A stretch of 24,674 bases of DNA from positions 1 through 24,674 of IMG/VR virus record IMGVR_UViG_3300025718_000181, one strand, 5' to 3'. Source of the DNA: a virus (taxonomy: Duplodnaviria > Caudoviricetes). The translations under genes were made by a program, and so were the position numbers. Of this stretch, positions 17,470 through 24,674 are shown in pieces (position 1 is the stretch's first letter; every line of letters begins with the position of its first letter). The notes beneath the pieces were generated by a model. The model saw only the letters and a program-made list of their open reading frames with translations, made no database searches and had not been told where the DNA came from.

Positions 17470-18651
17470 ATGATTCAAAAACTATTTGAGAATATTAATA
17501 AGGATGATTTACTAGCCTTAATTAATAATTCAGTTTTAGAAATGAAGACTTTGGAGTATAAACAGGAGTTCTCTGGAAATGGTGATCAAGATAGAAAGGA
17601 ATTTTTAAAGGATATAACTTCGTTTGCTAATTCAAGCGGAGGGGATATTATTTATGGAATTAAAGAGGAAAATGGTGTTCCTATTGAATTGTTAGGAATT
17701 CCCAATGAAGAAGTGGATGCAAAAATTAGATGGATTGAAGATTTGGTAAGACAAGGCGTACAACCAAGAATTCCAGGAATAAAGATTCGATCCATTGAGA
17801 TTAGTGAGAGTAAAAACATAGTTCTAATAAGGGTTCTGAAAAGTTGGCGTAGTCCACATTGCGTAACATTAAAAAATTGGAGCAGGTTTTTTGCGCGAAG
17901 TAGTAATGGCGTATATCAACTCGACGTAGACGAACTTAGAAGTTCTTTTATTCAATCGGAGACTACAAATGAAAGAATTAAAAGTTTTAGAGAAGAAAGA
18001 ATAGCAAAGATTTATGCTGATGAAAGTTACATCAAACAGGGTGAAGAAGCTAAAGCTATATTGCATATTATACCAGTTTCTGCCTTCAATTCACGAGAGA
18101 GACTAAATGTTGGCTTTTTGTATGAACAATATAGATTAGGTAAAGTACCAATTCTTTTGGGCGACCATAGTAGTAATCCTAGCATTAATTTGGAGGGTAT
18201 ATTATTACATAGCTATATCGACGATCAAGGTAACTGTTTATCTTATGTTCAATTATTCAATAATGGAATTATTGAAGCGGTTAGTAAGAGTGTCCTTAAA
18301 ACATTTACAATACAAACCATTCCTAGTAAAAAATTTGAAGAAGATATTATTAATACCACTGTCCAGAGCATTGATTACTTAAAAGGAATAGAAATAGAAA
18401 TGCCCTACATAGTTTGTTTGACTTTAGTTGGAGTTAATGGTTATAGAATGTCTGTTTCAGAACATTTAGCTATAGATGGTGCAATTGATAGAGATGTTCT
18501 GCTTATTCCTGAAATATTAATTGAAGAAGATGTAAATGACTCTGATGTAACCAAACTATTGAATCCAATTATTAATTCCGTGTGGAATGCATGTGGTTAT
18601 ATGAAATCACCCAACTATGATACAGCAGGAAATTATAAACACAGGTTATAG
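17470..18651 (+). CDS. AlbA_2 / Schlafen-domain protein with an uncharacterised C-terminal domain
   Basis: EMKTLEYK...FLKDITSFANSSGGDIIYGIKE...SPH...FFAR is the AlbA_2 signature; AGGGGGA RBS supports ATG 17470 rather than TTG 17239. Confidence 0.85.
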   Translation: MIQKLFENINKDDLLALINNSVLEMKTLEYKQEFSGNGDQDRKEFLKDITSFANSSGGDIIYGIKEENGVPIELLGIPNEEVDAKIRWIEDLVRQGVQPRIPGIKIRSIEISESKNIVLIRVLKSWRSPHCVTLKNWSRFFARSSNGVYQLDVDELRSSFIQSETTNERIKSFREERIAKIYADESYIKQGEEAKAILHIIPVSAFNSRERLNVGFLYEQYRLGKVPILLGDHSSNPSINLEGILLHSYIDDQGNCLSYVQLFNNGIIEAVSKSVLKTFTIQTIPSKKFEEDIINTTVQSIDYLKGIEIEMPYIVCLTLVGVNGYRMSVSEHLAIDGAIDRDVLLIPEILIEEDVNDSDVTKLLNPIINSVWNACGYMKSPNYDTAGNYKHRL

Positions 18652-18675
18652 AATAATACAAACGATATGACATGC

Positions 18676-18704
18676 AGAGCCTATAATTAGGCTCTTTTTA
18701 TTTT
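18676..18704 (+). terminator. Terminator-like hairpin abutting the terS RBS
   Basis: AGAGCCTA-TAAT-TAGGCTCT-TTTTATTTT. Confidence 0.7.
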
Positions 18705-18721
18705 GGGGGAGGTGAGGTATT

Positions 18722-19318
18722 ATGGGAGCAAGAGGTAAAAATAATACTAAGTGGTTAACCAATGTTTTTCCCCGTTTATCTGAGATTCGAGACTGGTGCA
18801 TGAAGGGTAAAACCAATGAAGAAATGTGTGTGCTTTTAGGCATAAGTCCAGACAGTTGGTACACTTATATGAAGGAACATAATGAGCTAAATAACATCGT
18901 TACAGCAGGGAAGTCTGTTATAGATAACCGTGTAGAAAATGCAGTTTTGAAAACTGCCCTTGGTTTTGAATATGAAGAAATCAAAACAATTTTAGAAGAA
19001 GATCATAATGGCAAAAAAAGAACAAGGATTGAGAAAACCAAAAAGTATATGCCACCTAACCCGACTGCTCAAGCTTTCTGGCTAAAGAACCGTAAGAAGG
19101 ATGAGTGGGGCGATAGGAAAGAGATTGTCTTTGATACAAAGGGCCAGGAGGAAGAAAGAAAGCTGCAATTTCTTAAAATGATAAATGAAGAAGTCATTGA
19201 TGCGGATTATTCTATTGTTGAAGAAGATGCTGTTATGACAGGCCCTGAAGTTATAGAGGAGACAGAAGAAGGTTTTATTGAGGATGATCACTTTGGTAAA
19301 GAAACAATTGAAGCATAA
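18722..19318 (+). CDS. Terminase small subunit-like protein
   Basis: N-terminal HTH (GKTNEEMCVLLGISPDSWYTY), VENAVLKTALGFEYEE and PPNPTAQAFWLKNR motif seen in Bacillota phage TerS-like proteins; acidic tail; upstream of terL. Confidence 0.75.
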   Translation: MGARGKNNTKWLTNVFPRLSEIRDWCMKGKTNEEMCVLLGISPDSWYTYMKEHNELNNIVTAGKSVIDNRVENAVLKTALGFEYEEIKTILEEDHNGKKRTRIEKTKKYMPPNPTAQAFWLKNRKKDEWGDRKEIVFDTKGQEEERKLQFLKMINEEVIDADYSIVEEDAVMTGPEVIEETEEGFIEDDHFGKETIEA

Positions 19319-19389
19319 TCTTATGTCGTCAGTAATGTGGGAGATAAATGCCCTATATGAGCCTAATACTACCCAAAATAAGCCCATAT

Positions 19390-19417
19390 AGAATACATAA
19401 TTAGTCTTATGTATCCA
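19390..19417. other. dif-like tyrosine-recombinase core site (11-6-11)
   Basis: AGAATACATAA-TTAGTC-TTATGTATCCA; perfect 8-bp inverted arms ATACATAA/TTATGTAT around a 6-bp spacer, 62 nt upstream of the recombinase. Confidence 0.6.
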
Positions 19418-19418
19418 G

Positions 19419-19447
19419 TTGCTATCAGGGCCATACAGAGGTAACAT
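19419..19447 (+). promoter_or_regulatory. Putative sigma-A promoter of the recombinase
   Basis: TTGCTA-17 nt-TAACAT immediately downstream of the dif-like site. Confidence 0.55.
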
Positions 19448-19479
19448 GGACACACCTAGTAGAGAAAGGGTGTGTTTAT

Positions 19480-20328
19480 ATGCTTGATTTAGGCAATTTC
19501 GAGGTGTATCTCACAAACAAGGAACTGAGCCTGAATACCATCAGCTGCTATATTCGGGACAGCAAGGTTTTTATGGATTGGTTCGGAAGCAGAACGGATT
19601 GTGGATTGGATAGACTGATCCAACTCGATGCCATTGGATACAAGAAGCATCTGCTCAATATCAATAAATCAGTAGTGACAGCCAATAGGAAGGTCGCAAG
19701 CGTCAATGCCTTATGCAAATGGCTTTATGATAGCGGATCAACAGTTGATGAGATCAATATAAAGGCAGTGAAGAGTCGGGAGGCTCGGCAATATAAAGGC
19801 TTGGAGGAAAAGGATCTAAGGAAGCTTCGAGCAGAGATACATCGAAATCGCAATCCACTTCATATATGCATCATTGAGATACTCCTGGGCACAGGGCTTC
19901 GGGTGAGTGAACTATGCAATCTAAAGCTTCAAGACATAGAATTATCCGAGCGTAAAGGCACAATCAAAGTCATTGGCAAAGGAAACATATACAGAACATT
20001 GCCACTTAATAAGGATGTTCGCAAAGCAATCCAAGATTACGCTGATACAAGAACTGAAAATGATAGTGACTTCTTATTGATAGGACAGCGAGGAGCATTT
20101 AAACGGAACGCAATCAACTTAATCCTTGAAAAGTATGGGCAAAGAGTGGCAGTAGATGTAACCCCACACCGGCTCAGACATTCGCTAGGATATAGCCTAG
20201 TCAAGGCAGGAACAGCCATAACGACCATTCAGGAAATCTTGGGTCACGAAAGTATAATGACAACGAATTTATACACCGTCACAACTGAACAGGATAAGGT
20301 AGAGGCTCTGGAAGCCTTGGAGTGGTAA
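19480..20328 (+). CDS. Tyrosine recombinase, XerC/D-like (no arm-binding domain)
   Basis: Core-binding N-terminus (LSLNTISCY), catalytic motifs GLRVSE, GKG, PHRLRH, LGH, TNLY; 282 aa. Confidence 0.93.
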   Translation: MLDLGNFEVYLTNKELSLNTISCYIRDSKVFMDWFGSRTDCGLDRLIQLDAIGYKKHLLNINKSVVTANRKVASVNALCKWLYDSGSTVDEINIKAVKSREARQYKGLEEKDLRKLRAEIHRNRNPLHICIIEILLGTGLRVSELCNLKLQDIELSERKGTIKVIGKGNIYRTLPLNKDVRKAIQDYADTRTENDSDFLLIGQRGAFKRNAINLILEKYGQRVAVDVTPHRLRHSLGYSLVKAGTAITTIQEILGHESIMTTNLYTVTTEQDKVEALEALEW

Positions 20329-20549
20329 GATAGCCGCTCTATTTTTATGCACCTTTCCAATGGGAGGGGTGCTTCTATTTGTGCAAATTGCCCCTGCAGT
20401 AGATGGCGTGGAGATTTTTTTGATATTTTTACTAGAAAACTATATATTAAGTTGTTATTTTATGTAATAATTATAAGAATATAGTTGAAGGATTTATAAT
20501 CGACTAATTTGCTTTTAGAGATACAAAAATTTATTAATTGGGAGGTACT

Positions 20550-21590
20550 ATGTTCAGTAATGTTATTGCCATAGTTTCTGTAATATTTGCTTTGATGTCG
20601 GTACTTATTTCATATTATATTTATAAGGCTTCAAAAGTCGATACATCATATTTAGATATCGACAAGCAGTATGTTGAATTATTAAAATTAGCTTTAAACG
20701 AGCCAGATTTAAGAGACTACGAAAGAACTTCGATGTTCTATAAGCTGGATTCACAAGATAATTTCAAGAGAAAATATAACATATATGCTTATATGTGTTG
20801 GAATCTTGTGGAAACAATTTATGACAGGCAAAAGGACAAAAGTGGAAGATTTAGACTTTCAGAAACATGGGTACCTGTGATGTTTGAAGAGAATAGATTA
20901 CATTATACATGGTTCAAGCATAACTTGAGACTGTTTAAACCAGAGTATCAAAAGTTTGTTACAGGTGAATTAAACGATATAGATATATTAGAGGGAAGTG
21001 TCAATGATTTAAAGGATGTGTATGCAAGATTTAAAAGAGATTTTGCGGCTGATGAGAGGAAGAATTATGCTCACCTTGAGATGTTGATGGTTAAAAAGAA
21101 ATATAAACTTTTACTTGCTAAGCATAAAGTTTTTAACGAGGTAATTGGATATGCTTTCATTTATGATGATAATAAAAAAGTTCTTTGGCTTGATTATATG
21201 GCTATTGATATTAAATTCCAAGATGCAGGCTATGGTACTCTATTATTTAACAAAATAGCTGAATTAAAACAAGAAGGTATTTTAGGTATATTCTTAGAAG
21301 TGGAAATTCCTAGCACAGATGAAGCTAGTAAAGAAGATCAAATTCGAAGGATTAATTTTTACGAAAGACTCGGAGCAAAAAAATTGAAGTTTGAGTACCA
21401 ATTGCCAACTAATAATGGTGGATTGCCCATGTACCTTTATTTTAGACCATCGCCGAATGTAAGATTGTTACCAAAAGAGCAGATAAAAGAAACTATAGCA
21501 TTGGCATTTGAGTATATCCATTCTGATGTTAATCAAAGAGATACAATTCTTAAATCATTTTTAAGCACAGTGCCAGATGAGCATTTTTAA
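20550..21590 (+). CDS. N-terminal TM plus unknown helical domain fused to a GNAT acetyltransferase
   Basis: Hydrophobic N-terminus; C-terminal WLDYMAID..FQDAGYGT (acetyl-CoA loop), FLEVE, RRINFYERLG; GGAGG RBS before ATG 20550; AT-rich. Confidence 0.8.
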   Translation: MFSNVIAIVSVIFALMSVLISYYIYKASKVDTSYLDIDKQYVELLKLALNEPDLRDYERTSMFYKLDSQDNFKRKYNIYAYMCWNLVETIYDRQKDKSGRFRLSETWVPVMFEENRLHYTWFKHNLRLFKPEYQKFVTGELNDIDILEGSVNDLKDVYARFKRDFAADERKNYAHLEMLMVKKKYKLLLAKHKVFNEVIGYAFIYDDNKKVLWLDYMAIDIKFQDAGYGTLLFNKIAELKQEGILGIFLEVEIPSTDEASKEDQIRRINFYERLGAKKLKFEYQLPTNNGGLPMYLYFRPSPNVRLLPKEQIKETIALAFEYIHSDVNQRDTILKSFLSTVPDEHF

Positions 21591-21619
21591 AACTATTGTC
21601 ATTAAGGGAAGGAGGCTCT

Positions 21620-23233
21620 ATGCAGCCATCACAGGAAATACAACAAGACCATGACCGCCAAAATCTCCTGCTAAAGCGATATCTGAATAAATACTTCTCC
21701 CCGACCAAGATAGAAGAACTTGTCGGGGAGTTTTCATTTTCAGAGCTACGTAAATTACTTGGCGAGATGGATTTAGAATTTTTTAGCTTATGCTACTTTC
21801 CTAAATACTTTGATCGTAGATTTGGGGAGTTTCACTTAGAGCTATTCGAGGAACTGAAATACATGCTGGACAACAAAGGGTTGATTGAAGCTTTTGGATT
21901 ACCAAGGGAACATGGCAAAAGCACAATCAACTCTTTTTTATTTCCGCTGTATTCAACACTCTACAATAAATCTCAGTTTACATTAATAATATCAGCAACA
22001 GAGCAGATTGCTCTACCCTTCCTTGATATGATAAAGGATGAGCTTGAAACTAATGAGTTACTGATGGAAGACTTCGGTATTCAAAAAGGAAACCGCTGGA
22101 ACAATAATGAAATATGGATAAGGGGTAAGGGTGGCATTGATGCATGTATAATGATTCGTGGTATTGATGGTTCACTAAGAGGCATCCACTTCAAGCAATT
22201 TAGGCCTCAGCTTGTTCTATTGGATGATCTTCTTAAGGATGATACTGCAAAATCAGAAACAAAGCGTGAGCAAGTTAAAAATACATTTACAGATGTAGTA
22301 ATTCCAATCGGGACGAGAGATACAAATATACTAGTTGTCGGCACGTGCTTACATGAGGAAGATCTGATGACTGACCTGCTTAAGGGGAAAATACCTGGGG
22401 TCAGAAGCATAAAGAAAGCGGCAGTCATATGCTTTGCCGAACGAGACGATTTATGGAGTGACTGGGAAGCCAAATATAATAATCTACTGGACTTGGACAG
22501 GATTAAAACTGCCAAGTCTTTTTTTTATGACCATCAGGAGGAAATGCTGGAAGGAACAGAAATATTGTGGTCAGAGTATCTTGATTACTATTATCTAATG
22601 TGCAAGAAACAGGCAATGGGGGACAAATCCTTCTATAAAGAAATGCAAAATGATCCCCGCAGCACTGATGACTACATATTTCGGGATATTCAATATTGGG
22701 ACAGACTTCCTGGATTTGAAGAAATGGAACTCGTGATGTACATTGATCCTGCAATTAAAGCTGGTAAAAGGAATGACTTCTCTGCAATAACAATTCTCGG
22801 ACTTCATAGAAAAACTAAGCAAAAGTATGTTGTCGATGGCAGTATATATAAATTACTTCCCGATGATCTGTTTCAGGTAGCTATAGAAAAATTACAGCAA
22901 TATCCGGTTGAGAAGATTGGATTTGAAACTACAGCAGCGCAAAGCTATATCAAGCAGAAGTTTGAAGAGGAACTCTGGAAGAACAAGATATTTACTCCTG
23001 TCGATGAAGTAATAAGTAGAGGCCAGAAGCATGAGAGAATTATATCTTTAGAACCGGAAGTTAAGAAGGGGCATATCCTATTCAACCCTGGTAATATCAG
23101 GTATAATAATCAGGTAAAAGATTACAACAAAGGTGCTAAACATGATGATGCTCCTGACTCATTATATGGCGCAGTTCAGTTGGTTCAAGGGGTAAAGAGC
23201 ATTAGGTTTTATGATAGGAGTTTGTTGTTCTGA
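21620..23233 (+). CDS. terL: Phage terminase large subunit
   Basis: Walker A LPREHGKST, Walker B LVLLDD, VVGT, EMQNDP, nuclease YIDPA and HDDAPDSL; GGAGG RBS favours ATG 21620. Confidence 0.92.
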   Translation: MQPSQEIQQDHDRQNLLLKRYLNKYFSPTKIEELVGEFSFSELRKLLGEMDLEFFSLCYFPKYFDRRFGEFHLELFEELKYMLDNKGLIEAFGLPREHGKSTINSFLFPLYSTLYNKSQFTLIISATEQIALPFLDMIKDELETNELLMEDFGIQKGNRWNNNEIWIRGKGGIDACIMIRGIDGSLRGIHFKQFRPQLVLLDDLLKDDTAKSETKREQVKNTFTDVVIPIGTRDTNILVVGTCLHEEDLMTDLLKGKIPGVRSIKKAAVICFAERDDLWSDWEAKYNNLLDLDRIKTAKSFFYDHQEEMLEGTEILWSEYLDYYYLMCKKQAMGDKSFYKEMQNDPRSTDDYIFRDIQYWDRLPGFEEMELVMYIDPAIKAGKRNDFSAITILGLHRKTKQKYVVDGSIYKLLPDDLFQVAIEKLQQYPVEKIGFETTAAQSYIKQKFEEELWKNKIFTPVDEVISRGQKHERIISLEPEVKKGHILFNPGNIRYNNQVKDYNKGAKHDDAPDSLYGAVQLVQGVKSIRFYDRSLLF

Positions 23234-23297
23234 TAAATTTTGGTATAGACCATTTGTTATAGGAAAAATGAATAAATAATTTTGAATTTAATATTAT

Positions 23298-23358
23298 TTG
23301 ACAAAACAGATAAAATACGATACTCTTTTATCTAATAGATATCTAATAATTATTAGAT
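23298..23358 (+). promoter_or_regulatory. Sigma-A promoter with downstream palindromic operator
   Basis: TTGACA-17 nt-TACTCT (23298-23326); perfect 18-bp palindrome ATCTAATAATTATTAGAT at 23341-23358. Confidence 0.6.
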
Positions 23359-23373
23359 GAAAGAGGTAGTGAT

Positions 23374-23643
23374 ATGAAAAGAATAATGACAGATAAACAC
23401 AAGTTCATGTCATATGTTTTAAACAATGATGAGGACTTAAATGTAAGCACAACAAAGATTGCAGAAATGTTTGCAGTAAGTCAATCGACAGTTAGTAACG
23501 CAATAAAAGATGTAAGATATGAACTAAAGATTAAGAATTTAGAAAAAGAACTTTCTATGGCAAAAAAAGAACTTTATATCGATAAACTGATTGCGCTTCC
23601 GGAGTCAACTGATGATATTGGAGTTTTTAAAAGAAAGCCTTAA
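23374..23643 (+). CDS. Small HTH plus coiled-coil protein
   Basis: HTH STTKIAEMFAVSQSTVSNAIK followed by heptad-like ELKIKNLEKELSMAKKEL; AGAGGT RBS. Confidence 0.75.
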   Translation: MKRIMTDKHKFMSYVLNNDEDLNVSTTKIAEMFAVSQSTVSNAIKDVRYELKIKNLEKELSMAKKELYIDKLIALPESTDDIGVFKRKP

Positions 23644-23697
23644 CATTTTAGTGGCTTTTTAGAGTTAGCCAAATTTAGAAATAATAGAGAGAAGCAA

Positions 23698-23895
23698 ATG
23701 GCTAATAATCAAGTGTGTTTCTGCGAGAAAGTTTATAATTAATGAAACTGGGTACTTCTGTATTATCGATCAGGTAGTAATGATAGTAGAAAAGTATATT
23801 GCCCTCAGTGGTGGGAGGAGCAAGTGCCTGAAGGTAGATTCTGTAAGGAATGCGGTTCGAGAATGATTAATGTAAAGAGCTTATATCTTAACTGA
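23698..23895 (+). pseudogene. Possible degraded zinc-ribbon gene
   Basis: One frame reads MANNQVCFCEKVYN**NWVLLYYRSGSNDSRKVYCPQWWEEQVPEGRFCKECGSRMINVKSLYLN*: a CPxC...FCxxCG-like ribbon with one Cys lost and internal stops. Confidence 0.4.
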
Positions 23896-23914
23896 TATAG
23901 GCTCTTTTACTTTT
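23874..23914 (+). terminator. Terminator-like hairpin abutting the portal RBS
   Basis: AAAGAGCTTATATC-TTAACT-GATATAGGCTCTTT (14 bp, one G-U) then TACTTTT. Confidence 0.65.
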
Positions 23915-23931
23915 AGAAAGGTCGTGACATT

Positions 23932-24674
23932 TTGAACACAAACGAAAACTTAATAATGGAATGCCTCAATGAACTTAACAAAAACGCTCTAGTAAAGCAA
24001 AAATACAAGGATTACTACGAAGGCAATCACTCAATCCTCAAAAGCTACCAAATGCAGGACAGCCGGAGCAATATGAGATTGGTGTTCAACTTTCCAAGAA
24101 AGTTTGTAGATAATGAAACCGGATATATTCTAGGCAAACCAGTCAACTATATTTCCAAGTCAGATGAGTCAACAATCACAGCTGCTATCGACAAAAACAC
24201 GAGCCATTGGGATAAAGAACATAATATTAATCTGCGGAAACAATCGGAAATCTATGGGGAAGCTTATGAACTCAACTATGTTAATACTGAAGGGGAGTTT
24301 TCAGCGACTATACTCACTCCTCTGAATGCTTATGTTCTGGAGGATGGATCTGCAGAAAGAAACGTGGTACTGGCATTACATACCTTCACAAAGAAATTCG
24401 ATGATAAGAAATATCTTGATGTGTATACTGCCAACGAAATCTTACATTATGAATTGGGTAGTAACAGCAATAAATCATCTCTTAACCTGATCGGCAGCCA
24501 TGAGCATATTTTCGGAAGAGTGCCTGTGACTGTATGCCCCGCCAATCATGAAAAGATAAGTGGCTTTCAGGATGTCATTTCCCTCTTTGATGCCTACAAC
24601 GCTCTGAATTCAGATTTGGTCAATGAAATCGCCGATCACCGGAATGCTTACCTAGTAATTGAAAATGCCAAAAT
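23932..24674 (+). CDS. Phage portal protein, SPP1 Gp6-like (partial, runs off the window)
   Basis: Not in the ORF track. TTG start after GAAAGG; MNTNENLIMECLNEL...DYYEGNHSIL...NFPRKFVDNETGYILGKPVNY...IYGEAYEL...HIFGRVPV...DAYN are SPP1-portal motifs. Confidence 0.92.
   Translation, partial: MNTNENLIMECLNELNKNALVKQKYKDYYEGNHSILKSYQMQDSRSNMRLVFNFPRKFVDNETGYILGKPVNYISKSDESTITAAIDKNTSHWDKEHNINLRKQSEIYGEAYELNYVNTEGEFSATILTPLNAYVLEDGSAERNVVLALHTFTKKFDDKKYLDVYTANEILHYELGSNSNKSSLNLIGSHEHIFGRVPVTVCPANHEKISGFQDVISLFDAYNALNSDLVNEIADHRNAYLVIENAK

Larger units (their letters stand above)
123..24674 (+). mobile_element. Integrated prophage/satellite-like element or composite island at the rlmD 3' end (right end outside window; left end approximate)
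   Basis: Housekeeping gene ends and is followed by RM, accessory and phage replication/packaging genes. rumA/rlmD 3' ends near the HVE codons (CACGTGGAG) are established integration targets in Bacillota. Exact attL cannot be fixed without attR. Confidence 0.7.

Noticed and set aside
19480-20328. Tyrosine recombinase as the integrase for the rlmD site
   Set aside because: It is far from the boundary and lacks an arm-binding domain; rlmD-targeting elements typically use serine recombinases. Not strictly excluded.
516-22822. Many short minus-strand and alternate-frame ORFs in the ORF track
   Set aside because: They overlap well-supported + strand genes, lack recognisable motifs and look like shadow ORFs.
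1-24674. CRISPR array, tRNA or rRNA genes
   Set aside because: No regularly spaced repeats, cloverleaf or rRNA-like sequence were seen by eye.

Overview
Low-GC, Bacillota-like DNA in which every credible gene lies on the + strand. The window opens with the 3' end of a 23S rRNA (uracil-5)-methyltransferase gene (rlmD/rumA), a known integration hotspot. It is followed by a Type I restriction-modification operon (hsdR-hsdM-hsdS), a HARE-HTH/PD-(D/E)xK-like protein and several small accessory ORFs. A phage-like backbone follows: a 1076-aa single-subunit two-barrel RNA polymerase (YonO / cellular-RdRP homologue, DxDGD motif), a small DUF5659-like protein, an SF2-like helicase with a Cys cluster, a ParB-fused DNA methyltransferase, a terminase small subunit-like protein, a tyrosine recombinase with a dif-like site upstream, a terminase large subunit and the 5' part of an SPP1-type portal. 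AT-rich cargo genes (2H phosphoesterase, AlbA_2/Schlafen-domain protein, membrane-anchored GNAT fusion, small HTH) are slotted between backbone genes. Several backbone genes are preceded by hairpins sharing a GAGCCTA/TAGGCTC motif. The main candidate system is a compact rlmD-integrated prophage or satellite that carries its own RNA polymerase. All calls come from motif recognition by eye; no database search was run.
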